A stretch of 64,000 bases of DNA, taken from NCBI GenBank assembly GCA_040357565.1, contig JBDODJ010000025.1. One strand, 5' to 3'. The translations under genes were made by a program, and so were the position numbers. This document shows, piece by piece, positions 1 to 13,078 of this stretch (position 1 is the stretch's first letter; every line of letters starts with the position of its first letter). The notes below the pieces were generated by a model, which did not search any database, was not told the origin of the DNA, and saw only the letters and a program-made list of their open reading frames with translations. The DNA is from Cercozoa sp. M6MM. Lineage: Eukaryota > Protista > Endomyxa: Ascetosporea.

Positions 1-475
1 AGTGATACCATAAGCACACATGCACACGACTGACTGTGCCGACTCACTGACTGACTGATACAATAACACACTACAACTTGAACAAAGCTCGGGTAGTTCC
101 CTTCTGGAGGTATACTTTGAGTGCACTCTCCAGCCTCTCGTCTCTGACGCCCAAACTCCTCAACACTGAGGGAATTTTAAACGCGTCAGAGCGAGGGGAA
201 ATTGTCATGTGCCAGATAGACTGATCAAGATTCTACGAGACTGTGCGCCACTTTAGACTCCATGAACACGTATTTGGGCTCAACGTTAGTTTTCAAGATA
301 CAGCAAGAATTAGAGTTTAGTGCGAACTTGTTGGGGAGCATGTTGGGGAGCACGATCATGACCCTAGAATTGAACCAAAGACTCATTTCTCTGTATCACC
401 TGCGCTCACAAGGTTTTACATGTCGATGTCTACATATACATACATAAATACAGTATATATAGTTGCGATATCACA
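1..475 (-). mobile_element. possible LTR-like element, probably truncated at the window edge
   Basis: Non-coding block bounded by an inverted (A)GTGATA at 1-7 and TATCACA at 469-475, giving a TG start on the minus strand. The right flank is CCTT, the same 4-mer that flanks the solo LTR at 42734. The left boundary and any TSD lie outside the window. Confidence 0.3.
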
Positions 476-709
476 CCTTTTTGTTGCCATGCTTCAGATT
501 TAAGTTCTTTTACTTCACTTAGCGTATTGTTTCTGAAGGGCGTAATCACAAACTGAACAAAAGGTTGGCAGAACGGGACGTTCGGAGGCGAGTTTCTTGA
601 GCTGTTTGACTGGAAGGGGTGGAACTTAAATTTTTATAGTTGAACCCGAAAGTGCTTAAATTTAAACGAGACCTAGACTCTCTGCTTAAAATAGGAGCTA
701 GCTCACGGC

Positions 710-2156
710 TTATACACAGACACCGCTTGCATCGCAGGTGCCAACGCACTGAACATCGTCGACACAGTCTTCGCCAGCAGGGAGTTCGCAGACACCACTA
801 TTGCAACTAGCCGGTGGCGTGCATGGATTGGAAGCGTCGCATGTCACTGTCGACCCAGCCTGTCAAAGCGAGCACAAGTTGTCAATGTGTAGACCTCACT
901 GTATTTTGACGTACCGGAATGGTGCACGTGCCACCTCCTACGGATGGATCGCACACACTGCCAGGTGGGCAGTCGCAGTCGAGTGCGCAGCCAGTATCGC
1001 CTGGGGGAATCTGTCACGACAAGAAAATTAGATGTGCAACCCACGTGTAGGCGCACATGACAGAGGAAAGAGAACTCACGAGACACTTTCCAAGGAAGGA
1101 CATGTCATCAAGCGGACCCGCGAGACCGTCCAAACTGTTCGCCTGCAGTAGCATGCACACGGCATTGGCATCGGTACAGTCGGCCTCGCACAGGCAAGGC
1201 TCGTTCAGGGCGACGCTGCCGGCAGTTTGCGTGCACACATCGGAGTCGCCCAGGTCACGAGCAGCAGCAGTGGCAACTTCAAACCCGTATGTAGGACAGC
1301 CGTTCGATGCCACGGGATCTGCCACAGAGGCCATGCACGTGGTGGTGCACACTGTGTTCGACACAGCAGGCAGAGTAACACACAAGCATGTGTGTTAAAC
1401 GCAATACAAAAGCTACCCAGGTTGGTGTCAATGCAGTCAGCAGTGGTCGCACACTCGCCGCCAAGACCATTGTTGAGCGTCGGGGTCGGTGAGTCAAAGA
1501 GCGTCTTCTCCAGCGCGACACTGATTTGCAGCTGTGGCACGCAGGCGCTGTTGTCCGGGTCGCAGTGGCCCACCCAAAAACGCGAGGAGCACAGCGGTGT
1601 GTCGCCATTGCCGATCTGTCTCACAGATTAAATTCAACTGGGACACTCCCATCCAGTCACACCAACTGAACTTACCAGACAAGGCTTGCCCTCAGGACAG
1701 AGACAGTCGGGACTGATCTTGCCGGAGTGGAAGAACGACGGGTCGCCGCAACGCACGCCAAAGAACGAGTCCTGTAGAGTGCCAACACATTAATTTGGAG
1801 TTTGGATGTTGACAGAAAGCAACGAACAGCGACAGTACCGTCTTGCAGATGAAGGGAGCACCCGCTAGTGTAGTGCGCATCAGGATCGACGAAGCCTCGG
1901 TGGTGGAGACACAGCCATTGTCCTTGTCGCACACACCCGAGCAACACACGGCTGGGTCGACCTGACCCTTGTCATTGACGCATTTTCCTGTTTTGTATTT
2001 ATCCTATTTTTTTAGCTTCCCCGGGTTTCAAACAAAATACGGTAGATTTTTACCTTGACGAATACAAGTCGGCCGCATCACCGTCAGAGGCACGAGACCA
2101 TCAGCGACCACACCCGAGGCAAACGTTGCCAGCAAGGTACCAAACAGCAGCTTCAT
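710..2156 (-). CDS. secreted cysteine-rich repeat protein (multi-exon)
   Basis: ATG at 2156 gives the signal-peptide-like MKLLFGTLLATFASGVVA. Exons carry repeated C-x3-D-C modules (CEADCTD, CATTADC, CALDCDC). The last exon ends ...CVDDVQCVGTCDASGVCV-TAA at 710-712. Confidence 0.7.
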
Positions 2157-2610
2157 CACGCTTTTTCGTCTCTCTTGCTTCACCTGTCCCCAAACCAAAA
2201 ACACTTTCGAGATCGATCAAAGGTTCAATCAATGAGCAAATATGTGCAAACACATGTCTTAGTTACCTAATACGGCTAAACTATGCACTAGTGCACGCAA
2301 AAAACACAAGCTGCGAAGAGGCACACGGAGATGCACCGAGCGGAGCGACAAATACCAATAAATAGCAAATATACCAAAAATAAAGTGGCACATTGGCTGT
2401 TCCGCTCGTTAAATGCAGAATATGGGAAATTTGGGATGTTTCGTCATTCTTTTCTGTCGTAAAATACAAGCGAATGGTCTATCTGGTCAGCTGTGTTGCG
2501 AGGAAAGCGATTTTCATTCCCAACAGCGCCCCCAAAAGAGCAAAATCCTGCGTCGCGCGCGGCGGATCTACGGTGCGCAAGAGTGGTAGCGTTCTGTCAC
2601 ATCGGTGCTG

Positions 2611-4573
2611 ATGACTACAGAAAGCCGCGAAGAGACTGCCGTGATACGCATCTTTGATCGCTCTGTCGAGGACATTGCTTCACAGTTACCACTGCTGCTC
2701 GTGCAGGTGCACTGCTCTACTCTGCTCTTTAAAGGATGTGAATGCTTAGCTACTTGTAGTGCTCCCACGGTGCTCGCGCGCGTTTTTCAAACTACCTACG
2801 CCCACACCACTTGTACAGGATTACTTGCTGGATGGATGGCGAAATCACTGCCCGCGCAGAGAGGTACGCGAGGCACGACGCTATGACGGTGCACGACAGT
2901 TGTTTTTTGGTCCAATCGAGGGCAAAAGCTCACCGTAGAGAACTTCATTATCTCATTCGTATGTAATTATGTTTTATTTCTATTGCTCGAACTGACTACA
3001 GGGACTTTGAGCACGTGCAGCGCGAGTTACGCGAGGACACGCGCGTGTTCTGCGCCCTACAGCAAAGCTCTGTCTTGACGCACGTTTTTGAATCTCTGGA
3101 CGCACTGGGTCGCGAATTTCGGCAGCACTTTCCCGTATTGCACCTCTATATATATATATATATATATATATTTATTTATTTATGTAATGTACTCCTCTCT
3201 ACTGAGATGCTGTGTTCAGAAGGACCAGTTGCTGCGAATTCAGGCGAGTGACGACGTAAAGCGAAAGCTGATTCGCGACCTGCCCGATGAGATTCGACTG
3301 TCGCCTAGGTGTGTCTATATGTATGTTATCAAGGGAACTTGCAGTATTATTAGCACTCTGCAGGGCATCCGAGTTCGACGCTGCCTTGTGCGTGGTGCGT
3401 ATCGGTGGCAAGACGCAGAACAAGGAGCGTGTACTTGTTGGTACAGCCTCGGTCTGTTTGTACCAACCAAGTATGGCAGTACGGTTGGGTGTTCCCTCGA
3501 TCCAGGCATTGTGCCACGTGAGTTGAATTTTGCAACTGCGCCGAAACTGGTGGCTTGGCGTTCGCAACCTCGCACCTGCTGTATCCTTCTGTCTTTCTAT
3601 CCGTGTGACTATTTACCTATCTATCTGTCTGTCTATCTATCTGTCTGTCTATCTATATATATATATATATATATCTACTATCTATCTATCTATCATCTAA
3701 ATGTCTATCTATCTCCTACCTGTCTATCCTACCTCTCAACCTCCCCTTTATCCTTTCATGTTGGTCCTAAGGGGCCTACAACAAGCTGGCTGAAGCCATG
3801 ACACTGCTGAAGATTCGGTGAGTTAATTGGAGAACCCACCTGCTCATTATTTCTGTGTTTTGTCACATTTGTTTAGTGACTTGACTGGGAAACTCGCCAT
3901 TGACTGCGGCGCTGCACCGTACCCCTGATAAACAACCTTGTTCACACCATTAGTACTCTGCTTGACTGCAGAGGCGGCTGGACCGAGTATCTAAGCGATG
4001 CGCACTGCCAGAAAGTGATCGCAATCGATCCAGCCGACATGACACCGTCTGTTGTCCGGAGACACAATGTCTCATATCTCCAGATGCGCGTAGAGCAAGC
4101 CATTGGTACTTGAGCCTTTTAAACAAGGTTGTTTTGATTTATTCGTCTTTGCTGGCGGGCAGAAACGGGTCAGCTGGCAGGCGTGCAGGCTGATCTGCTC
4201 GTGTGCGATGCCAACGTTTCGCCAGCACTCCTGACCGAGATTCTCACACCCTTAATCACTGCTGCACATCTGGTTAAGGGCGCGATCTTGTGCATCACGG
4301 TCAAGCTACCGCAGCCTGGTATTTTTACTGTACTGTTTTGTGTGTCTCACCGGACATGCTTGCTTGTGTTGCAGGTCAGCACGTTGCCGACAGGGAGTGC
4401 CAACAGGTGTGTCAGCACTTCGCTGCCCAGGGTGTTCATGACATGCAAGTGCATCACCTGTTCGCCAATCGGCAAGGTACTGCTTTCTTGGTTCAGCTGG
4501 TAGAGTCCATGTCGTGTGTCTCATTTGCTGCTCGCGCAATGCAGAGCGCACGATTCTCGGCATTTTCGACTGA
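2611..4573 (+). CDS. SAM-dependent RNA 2'-O-methyltransferase, FtsJ/RlmM-like (multi-exon)
   Basis: Spliced product contains AYNKLAEA, AIDCGAAP|GGWTEYL, VIAIDPADM, DLLVCDAN, ITVKLP and HLFANRQ|ERTI. This is the K-D-K-E tetrad layout of the RrmJ/RlmM fold. Stop is TGA at 4571-4573. Confidence 0.75.
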
Positions 4574-4709
4574 TTCTAAACGGAACAAGTCAAAAAGAAA
4601 TCGAATGTTAGTTACTCGCGACTTTAATTTCTACTACAGTGCACACGTGTGCTTGCCGATTGTGTAGATTTTCAGGGGGTTCTAAGATCCAACAACTTTT
4701 GTTGCGTTG

Positions 4710-5545
4710 ATGTCGTCTTTTTGGAGCAACTTGATCGAAGAGATCGCTGCTGTCATTGAGGTGAGTTGGTTTAGTTTGAGGGGGCGATAGCCCGTGGCCG
4801 CACACAAAGTTCTTAGGGCGAGCCAGATGCGATCGCGAATCTGAGTAACGTAGCTGCACTTTTGTTCCATGCACTCAAGGAGAGGTACCAGTACGTACAC
4901 GCACGGGGGGGGGGGGGGCGCGCATTAATGAAACAACGCATGCGAGAATAGAAGTGAGAAAGGTGTCAACTGGGCCGGTTTCTATCGTGTCGTTGGAGTA
5001 CCTAAAGCCTGAGTCAACATTGTTTGTCTGTTCCGTTACCATGTTTGCACTGTAGGAGGAGCTGGTGCTGTCGCCCTTCCAAGGCAAGGTCGCCTGCATT
5101 CGCCTGCGCAAAGAAAAAGGCGTCTGTGGCGCTGCTTGGTACAATATAGTTTTTGAAGTGTATCACATTGACTTAGCACATTGGTACAGGGCCAATCAGA
5201 AGACCTACCGAGTAGACGACGTGCACGCTTTCCCGGTGCCTTTTTGTCTGTCAAAAGCATGCAAAGTATCGCACTGTTTCGCAGGGACACATTGCATGCG
5301 ACTCGGCCAGTCGCAGCGAGCTGGTGACTCCTGTCATCGTTGGAGATAGCGTCGTCGCAGTCATCGACATCGATGCTCCAGGTGTGTTTATCTATTTGGA
5401 TCCGGACTGTACTGATGTTCGATCGTGGGGACGGTGTTGTTTGTCAGTGGAGGCCGCTTTCAGCGTCGAAGACGAACGAGGCGTGGAAGCACTGGCTGCT
5501 CTTCTCGCCGAGCACATTCAGTGGACGCAACTCCCGTCACAGTGA
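4710..5545 (+). CDS. msrC: free methionine-(R)-sulfoxide reductase (GAF domain, MsrC/fRMsr-like)
   Basis: Spliced product contains IANLSNVAALLF, VNWAGFY, LVLSPFQGKVAC, GVCGAAW, VDDVHAFP|GHIACDSASRSELV and VIDIDAP, which are diagnostic fRMsr motifs. Confidence 0.9.
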
Positions 5546-5841
5546 CTCGTGTCATGACCGTACTGTTGTTTAGAAGCACTGGCAAGCTCCAGGACATCTT
5601 TCGTATGACCCGTCATAAGGATTACCCGTACCGCATCGCGATAGTACGCATCGACGCAGCCGCGTGAATCAAAAATAAACCGTCGGTCGTGTGCACGTGC
5701 GGCGCGCTAAATCCGAGCCAGGTTTGTCGATCAGATATTTCCAACGCTCAAACGCCCTCAAAGTTTCCACTAAGGCACTCAGTTGGCGTTGTCTACAATT
5801 GTATCGGATTATTCGCAGTGGAAGACCGAGAAAGCGCCGAC

Positions 5842-8800
5842 ATGTTGGCACTGGTGGGTTACATTTTGCCCTCGCCTGAGAGTTTCCTGTTGTTACGGTA
5901 AAGTGTACAGGGCTCGTTGTTGGTGCTTCTTTTGTCGAGTGTCTTGGCATCGCAGACGGAATCCTTCGACAACTGTTTTGCACGGCGTTTGGTGAAGCCA
6001 GAAGACTTCGATTTGGACTCAAAGCTACTTATCAAGTGGTATGAAGGTAGACCTTTTCTACTAGGATATGGTACGGTCGTGTTGTTTTTAGGGGAGAGTT
6101 TCTCCTGAGCACCTTGCCTGATGTGACCCAAGGGATGACTGTCGTGGTTCTGTCCGGAGTTCCTGTGTCCTGTGCGAACACCTACATCAGAAAGTATGTC
6201 TACAACATGTATGGTGGCGACTACATTCGCGTGTATCGCAATGGTACAGTTAAAGCTAGGGTCAAACAACTCGGAAGCGAGCCGCGTGCTATATGTAGTG
6301 ATCTACGTGCACCTTTTGCGCCGCGTTGGAGCGCGAAGTTCGGCGCTCGAAAAAGGAAATCAGATAGCAGCAGGATGGGATGCTCTTGAAAATACCGTCG
6401 AAATTGATCGAGCCATGCAAGGTATGTCACTGTTGAGTTTTTCTCGCACGGCATACGTCGTCTATATCGCTTAGATGGCATGGCATATCAATAGAGTACG
6501 ATGCCGAGATGACTGGACGGCTTGCTGACTTTTTGGAAGCAGTGTACTTTGATGGCCCTGATCCTGAAGGCGTGCCCGACTTCTCCGAGCATGGTTCGCT
6601 ACGACAAAGACTTTTCCACTACACAAAGGCAGTCTACGAAACAATTGGCAGCGATACTTTTGACTCTGAGTATGTTCCCTCTTTCTTTCGTCTCAATTCG
6701 GAACTGAAGAACTTCAGTTGGAAGATCCCCGTTCGGACCCCAATGTTCTGATTAGGCACATGTACAAATCTTTTCGGCCAGGAACGGATTCGTACTTTGC
6801 AACACGCTCGCTAGCTTTGTTTGTGGGAGCTCTGCCGTTGTACGTCGAGTCTCTTGCGGGTATGACGGCCGACGAGATGTTTGAAGACATTGCTACCTTG
6901 TCGAAGTCGGCCACTGGCACCGCCAAACAACTTGAAGTTCCTCAAGAGGTACAGTAAAAGCACACATAGCCGGCTGTAGTGTTGCCTGGCTTGAGTCTTA
7001 TGAAATGAAAGCAGCGAAGGCGCCATTCTGTCTCTGCAGCATCTTTCGCTTCACTCGCTACCTGCGCTGAGTATCACGCCGATCTGTGGAACTCCGTTCA
7101 GCACGTGCACAAAAGCTACAGCGCTGGCCACGAACATTTGGAGCAGCAACCGAACGCTGTTGTACACCGAATGATTGCCACAGCGTCACGATACCTCTTG
7201 CTGCCTGACAACACGTGCATGGAGCTTCGCAGTGCAGCGAACAAGACGGCACTGTACGTTCCGGGCTGGACCGAAACGTGCCAAATGTTGTCTTCTTGGT
7301 GGGGTGCTGCAGACAGTGAGACTTACAAAGAGCTGAGCAAGACGTTTTTTGACAATTTGGCTACAGCATGGCAAAATCACAAAACGACAGTGGAACTGAC
7401 AAATTGCATGGGTGCTGTGTCGGACAAGTCAAAACAAGTTTTCAGACTGGAGAACATAGTGCGCATCGCAAGTTGCTCCACAGTGATGGAGCAGATGCGA
7501 ACGTTCGGGGTGGCTGCCAAGAGTGTCGAGGGTCTCAGTGATCTGCGTCTGTATCGCACGCCTGTGGATGTCGAAATTCTTCGCGACCTCTCGAAAATTG
7601 GTCGGGAGACCGTACCTCGTTTCTACAAGGCAAAAAACGCTCCATTGTTCGAACTTTCCATGCTCGCTGTTGCTCAGAGGTATTGTACCTTACTTTCAGT
7701 TCACTTCTGTCAACCTCTATGAGAAATATTGTCGTACCTTGATGTGAATGTGCTTGGTGCAGGCAATCAGCGCGCTGCGAAGACAAGATTTGGTTCCGAG
7801 ATAAGTGGGAGCTCAGTCAAGCTGCACAACTCGTGCTTGCCAACATCAAGCGCACGTTGCTGCAGTGCTTCTTGTCTGAGATGGAAAGCAGTCTTATCTT
7901 TCACCAGCAGCATGGTGTTGGTTGCAGTGCTTTCGCAACTAACGATCGCGTCTTTTTCAGTTGCTTTCAAAATGGTAACTGCGTTTTCAGCTTTAAAGTT
8001 ACATCAACAAACGATAGTTCGAACAGCTGTAGAGGTGAAACATCGCCTTGTGAACGTGTTTTTCGTTAATGAAACTGCGAAAGAGGAGACCGAGACATTC
8101 GTGCAGTTACTTCAGTGCGCCAATGAGAACTGCACGGAGCTCGAAACTGCCGACGTGTCTGTGTCTTATGCCATCGGCATGATGAGTGGCGTTCAAGGTG
8201 CCGAATCGATTCGACGTCGCCGGTTGTTTCGACTGGCAGAAACTGCGGTGCTGCCATTTAACAAGACAGAGTCCGTGCTGCAGTTAATCCCGGACAATCA
8301 AGAACAGCTACTCTCTGCTGCGTGTGCACGTAGCAGCGAACCCGTAGCACCAGCAGCATCGGTGGCATCAAGTCTTCCAGAGGTCGACTGTGCGACCGTT
8401 GCAGCTGTTCGTCTGCTGCAAGAAGTCAATGCCGGAAAAGGGCCCGCGCAGGTGCAATCGGACACTGCTCTCCACCAACAAGGAAGCGCGACCGAATTCG
8501 ACCTTGCACATAAAGTCGCTGCGCGATGTACGCTTTCTTTCACGTGCTCCTTTTATCTCAATCAAGCACGTGCCTTCTGATGTAGTGAGAGCATCGGAAG
8601 CGTCGGACCAGTTCACCGCTGCACACAAAATGCTCGAGCCTGTGCGCAAAGCGTAAGTTGTGAACCGAGTACTAAATTTACTACGGGGGAAGATTCAGGT
8701 CACATGCTTCTCAGATTCAATGTCGACGTAAATCTTATCGCGGACGAAGTGAGGAGCATTCGTTTTGGGAGTGGCGGAACGGCCTCGCTTTCGTAAGAAC

Positions 8801-10159
8801 TCGAGATTTTAAGTATGCGAATGACAGAGGTCGATTTATGTTTGCCTGTTTTGACAGAGGGGAACAATTTGCTTTCACTGACCACTTTGTCGTCAAAACA
8901 GTACTACGCTCACTGCCACTATGTTGTGATACTACACTCATCGCCCCTGTCTTTGGTGAAAAGATGAACAACACTCGCGACCACGTGTTGTTTGACTCGA
9001 GGTGTGTGAACAGTTTGAAAGCATACATCGAACACTTGGTCCAAGACACTGGTACTGATGGTGAGTATCGGCCTCGACCAACTGCTTTGGCTCCTGTTTT
9101 AGGTACATCCTTTGCTACACTTACATAAACGGAGAAAGTCCCACTTGATGACTTGGTCTTGATGCTTCCGCTAGCCGTGATGGAGGTGACAGTCAAAGGC
9201 GATTTAAAACTCACCTTTGTCGTACAGTTGAAAGCAACTGCGATTCATCCGGTACAATGTTTGTCTAACTTTCAATTGCGAGTTCGCGAGAGAGTAAAAA
9301 TTGATCCCAGCGCAGAAGGACTCGTGTTTGCAAGGAGAAATTTTTGACGTCAAAGGCATTGTCGAGCAGCAGCTCTCTCCTCCACTTGTATGCTCAGAAG
9401 TTTAGAGTCGGTTTTAATATTTATCCCTATACTCCCTCGTTTTAAAGGAAAGGCAGCACCGGTCTCCTCTGAAAGTCAATCAGCGGGAAACCGAATGGAC
9501 AACAAAGCTCCAGTCTACCGCACTTGACATTTCCGACCTTCGATTGGTCCATATGCTCGCGCTTTCTCCTCCCGCGGACAGTGCGTCGATTGCGCTTCCG
9601 CCGCCTAACCCATCGCCCACCACGAGCGAGGATCTAGACCTTGCCGGAATTATGCAGCGAGATTTGTATCTACACTTCAGGACCTCACTATAAATATATC
9701 TTTTTCTTTTGTTTGCGAAGTGACTTCCTCGACAAAAAACTAGGAATGGTAAAACAGCTGCTATCTGATCAAGAACAACTGTACATTTATTGGATATATT
9801 GATCTGAGACAGACCGACTACTCGATGCTGCTGGTCCTCGCTACGAGCACTTTGAGCGACGAAACTGACACACGCAAGTTGGTAGAGCACAAGCTGTGCC
9901 GGCTCGTTATCATTGACTACCTATGGGTGACTGGATGGGTACTGGAGTTTTTATCTTTGCTCCTTGGTCACATATACGCCACTTCATGAACTTTGACCAG
10001 GGAGAAGCAATCGCGCAGTTCACTGGCGTGTCGTCAATCATTACGCGGATTCCAAAGTCTCACGACCAGTACGCGACACGTCTTAGCGCGTTCTTTAAAT
10101 CCCACGTGCTGCAACACATCCAGTCTTCTGCTTCCGAGTCGAGCAACTGCACGAAGTAA
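5842..10159 (+). CDS. large hypothetical secreted protein (multi-exon; 3' end approximate)
   Basis: MLAL|GSLLVLLLSSVLASQ signal-like N-terminus after removing a GT-AG intron at 5854-5910. A chain of protein-like + strand exons follows (6509, 7105, 7729, 8838, 9923 ORFs). No recognisable domain. Confidence 0.45.
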
Positions 10160-10647
10160 AATAGATTTCGGTAAGATACGCGTCAATTTTACACGTCAAA
10201 ATCTTCCACACATTTTTGTAGGTTTTCGCGTTGCTTCCGCGGGTACAGTAGTTTATGCTGTAACGCTGGGCCATGCGACGGCGTACATAGTTTAGCGCGA
10301 TGCAAAAAAATGTCAGTGAGCTAGGTTGAGTCACCATGGTGATAGTTACAAATTGTAAGATAAGAATTATCTTCACTCCATCATTAAACCTGTCCTCAAG
10401 CTTCGATCAGGCAAAATTGGGCGCCGTCGTGTACACAACATTTCATGGGTCAGCAGTAGATGCTGTAGCACATATAGCTGCTCTACTGGACTCACGCTCG
10501 CGCACACAGCTACCGGTACGGCATTAGCGCAGCCAAGAGAGGTGTGTGCGCGAGCGTGAAGGTGGGCCGGGGCTCGGTTGGAACAGACCGACGAATAAAT
10601 CAAAATCGACAGTGGGACGGGACCATGAACGGTTGGCGCGGAGGAGA

Positions 10648-12747
10648 TTAAACAGCGCCGTAGCGAGGCTCCTCGCGATGGCCGAGCAGAAGCGGCTTGT
10701 CGACGCGCCGATCATCCAGCACATCGACGTCGATCTCGACCAGGTTGGACGACGAGTCTGTTCGTGGCCTGTAAGAAGCGCGTTCGTCGAACGGTACGTC
10801 GCAGTGACGAGGCAGACGGCGTTGCAGCAGAAAGGCTGTCAGGGCTATCAGCACACCCAGGAGACTGAACTGCCACCTGTTGGTGAGCGGGAAGAAGGCC
10901 CACCACTTGTCCTGCATCAGTACAAACAGTTACACAGAAATATAAACCGGTTTAAACAAGAATGGTACATCGCGTAGCCAGCGTTTCTCTCGACTCAGAG
11001 TCCACTGGTAGATGGCAGCACCCACCAAAGGGCCCACACAGCGCGCGAAGGATGTTGCAGCCTGTGCGATGCCATTGGCTGTGCCTTTTTGTGCGTCAGG
11101 AACAGTGTTGTTGATGAGCATCATGACACTCGTGAAACAGCCACCGCCCGAAGCGAACAGCAGCAGGAAGGAGAGCGCGCACACCACGGCAGCAGTCGTT
11201 GTATTCTCCGGTCGGTACAAACGGCCGCTGGAAGCTTCGAATGCCACCGGAACAATCAGCAGTGACAGGGCGAGCTACAAAAGTTCCAAAAGCAAATTTC
11301 CTGTTCAGTGCATCGCCTCGAGATCAAAGGTTACCGGAATAAGCGCGCGTGAGAAGGTGCGCACACAGCCGATACGCGCAATCACACGCGGAATCACAAA
11401 CGTCAGCGACAGGAAGAGACCCAGACCACCACAGCCGAGAACAAGACCGATTCGTTGCTCGTCCCAGGCCAATCCACTGTCAACATCAGGGAGTTAGGCA
11501 ATCAGGAACCTTCAAACAAGAAGGCGAAGTACCTGTGCCGCCCAGGAGAGTCAGCACGCGGCAGTTGCGCAAACAGAGGAAAGCAGGTCTGCACGACGAT
11601 GAACAGGAGTGCGCACAGGGCATACTGTATCACCGAGATGCGCAGTTCCTGATTGCTGCCCAGATCGGTGACAACAACGTGCTTTTCTTCCGCTTCCGTT
11701 GTTTCTTGTTCCTCTTGGAACGAGGGGTCGTTCAGCATTAGGAACGACGGCGTCTCGGGTAGCAGGAACAACGCCGTTAGAAAAGCCAAGACTGGGGTGA
11801 GGTACAAAGATACAGAGGTTGTGGGGGTGGGGGAGGGGATGTGACATACACGCAATAGCAGCCGCAACGAGATTCGGAATGGCGAAAGGAAAGCGCTCCA
11901 AAAAGGTCTCGGGCGACCGACCGTCGTACAGGTCGTGATCGGCCACCAACACGCCACCTAGCAACTGGAACGGGAGGGGTAAAGGGTACCAAGGGTAAAG
12001 CAACACACGAGTACACACGAGTACCGGACCAGCCACGAGACCGACCGAGAATGACATGGACACGCCCGCAAAGGCGCGTGCTTGTTGACGGGCAGGCACA
12101 ACCTCGGCCAGGTAGGTCTTGACAACACCGAGATTGCCGTTCAGCAGGCCTGCCACGGCACGTGCCACGAAACACCACTGCATGCACGCATTCTCAGTCA
12201 GTCTTGGCCAGTCCTCACAAAGTAGTGTACCGTAAGGGAAGGTGCCAAAGCAAAGCCAACAGCAGCGAGCGTGGTGCCCAGCAGTCCCATTCTGCGCTTT
12301 CAATTAGTCTAACAATACAGAGTCGAAAGAACTGAGGTACAGCAGGATGGGCCGGCGTCCTTTCACGTCTGCGAATCGACCCCAAGTGTACCTGCAAAGA
12401 AGCGGGTCAAGAGGGTTGAAAGGGCATTGTAGTCACAACGTACGAGGAAGGAAACTGAGCAGCCGAGAAGATGGCAATCAAAAGGCCGACGTAGAGACCA
12501 ATCTTTGGCTCTGTCGAGTCCTTGTCGAGGCCCAAATGAAACTTGACCAGGAAGGCCGCGTACGGTATGAGCTAAGTGTACAACGCGCTTTCCCCACCTC
12601 TTGCCAAAGCAGCTTCCCCATTCTCCCCATACAGTAAGCACAAAGCACCTGAGTGACAGTAAACGCCTCGCCGAATTGAATCGTGCAGAGCAAGACGGTC
12701 ACTGCGATGAGTTTCGCACCCGCGAAGGTTTTACTTGGCGATCGCAT
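10648..12747 (-). CDS. MFS transporter, zinc-induced-facilitator-like (DHA1 family)
   Basis: Contains ARAVAGLLNGNLGVVKTYLAEV, FSVGLVAGPVL-GG, FLLPET and INNTVPDAQKGTANGIAQAATSFARCVGP, with many hydrophobic segments. Confidence 0.85.
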
Positions 12748-13078
12748 CACAAACGCGCCGTATCAGGCATTTGCGCTGATTTAACCTGTTCTTAGTGCGG
12801 TACTGGCTCTTGAGACGTCGACAGCGATCGCAAAGATTTTGCTTTAGCATTTGGTATCTTTGGACCAGTGCCGGACAGGATTGTGCCGCAGTGCGTGCAC
12901 ACGGCCCTCCGTCCCTGCACACAAAATGCAGATTTCCAGGTGGACTCACCAGGCTCGATCGCGCTAGACATTGTTTCAAGTGTAGTGCAGAGACGCAAAA
13001 GGCCGGCGGTTGTGGTTGTGGGGTGCCAACAAAGGGTCTCCAACAAAGGGTCTTCAAAGGGTCTTCTTGGTTGTCGCG

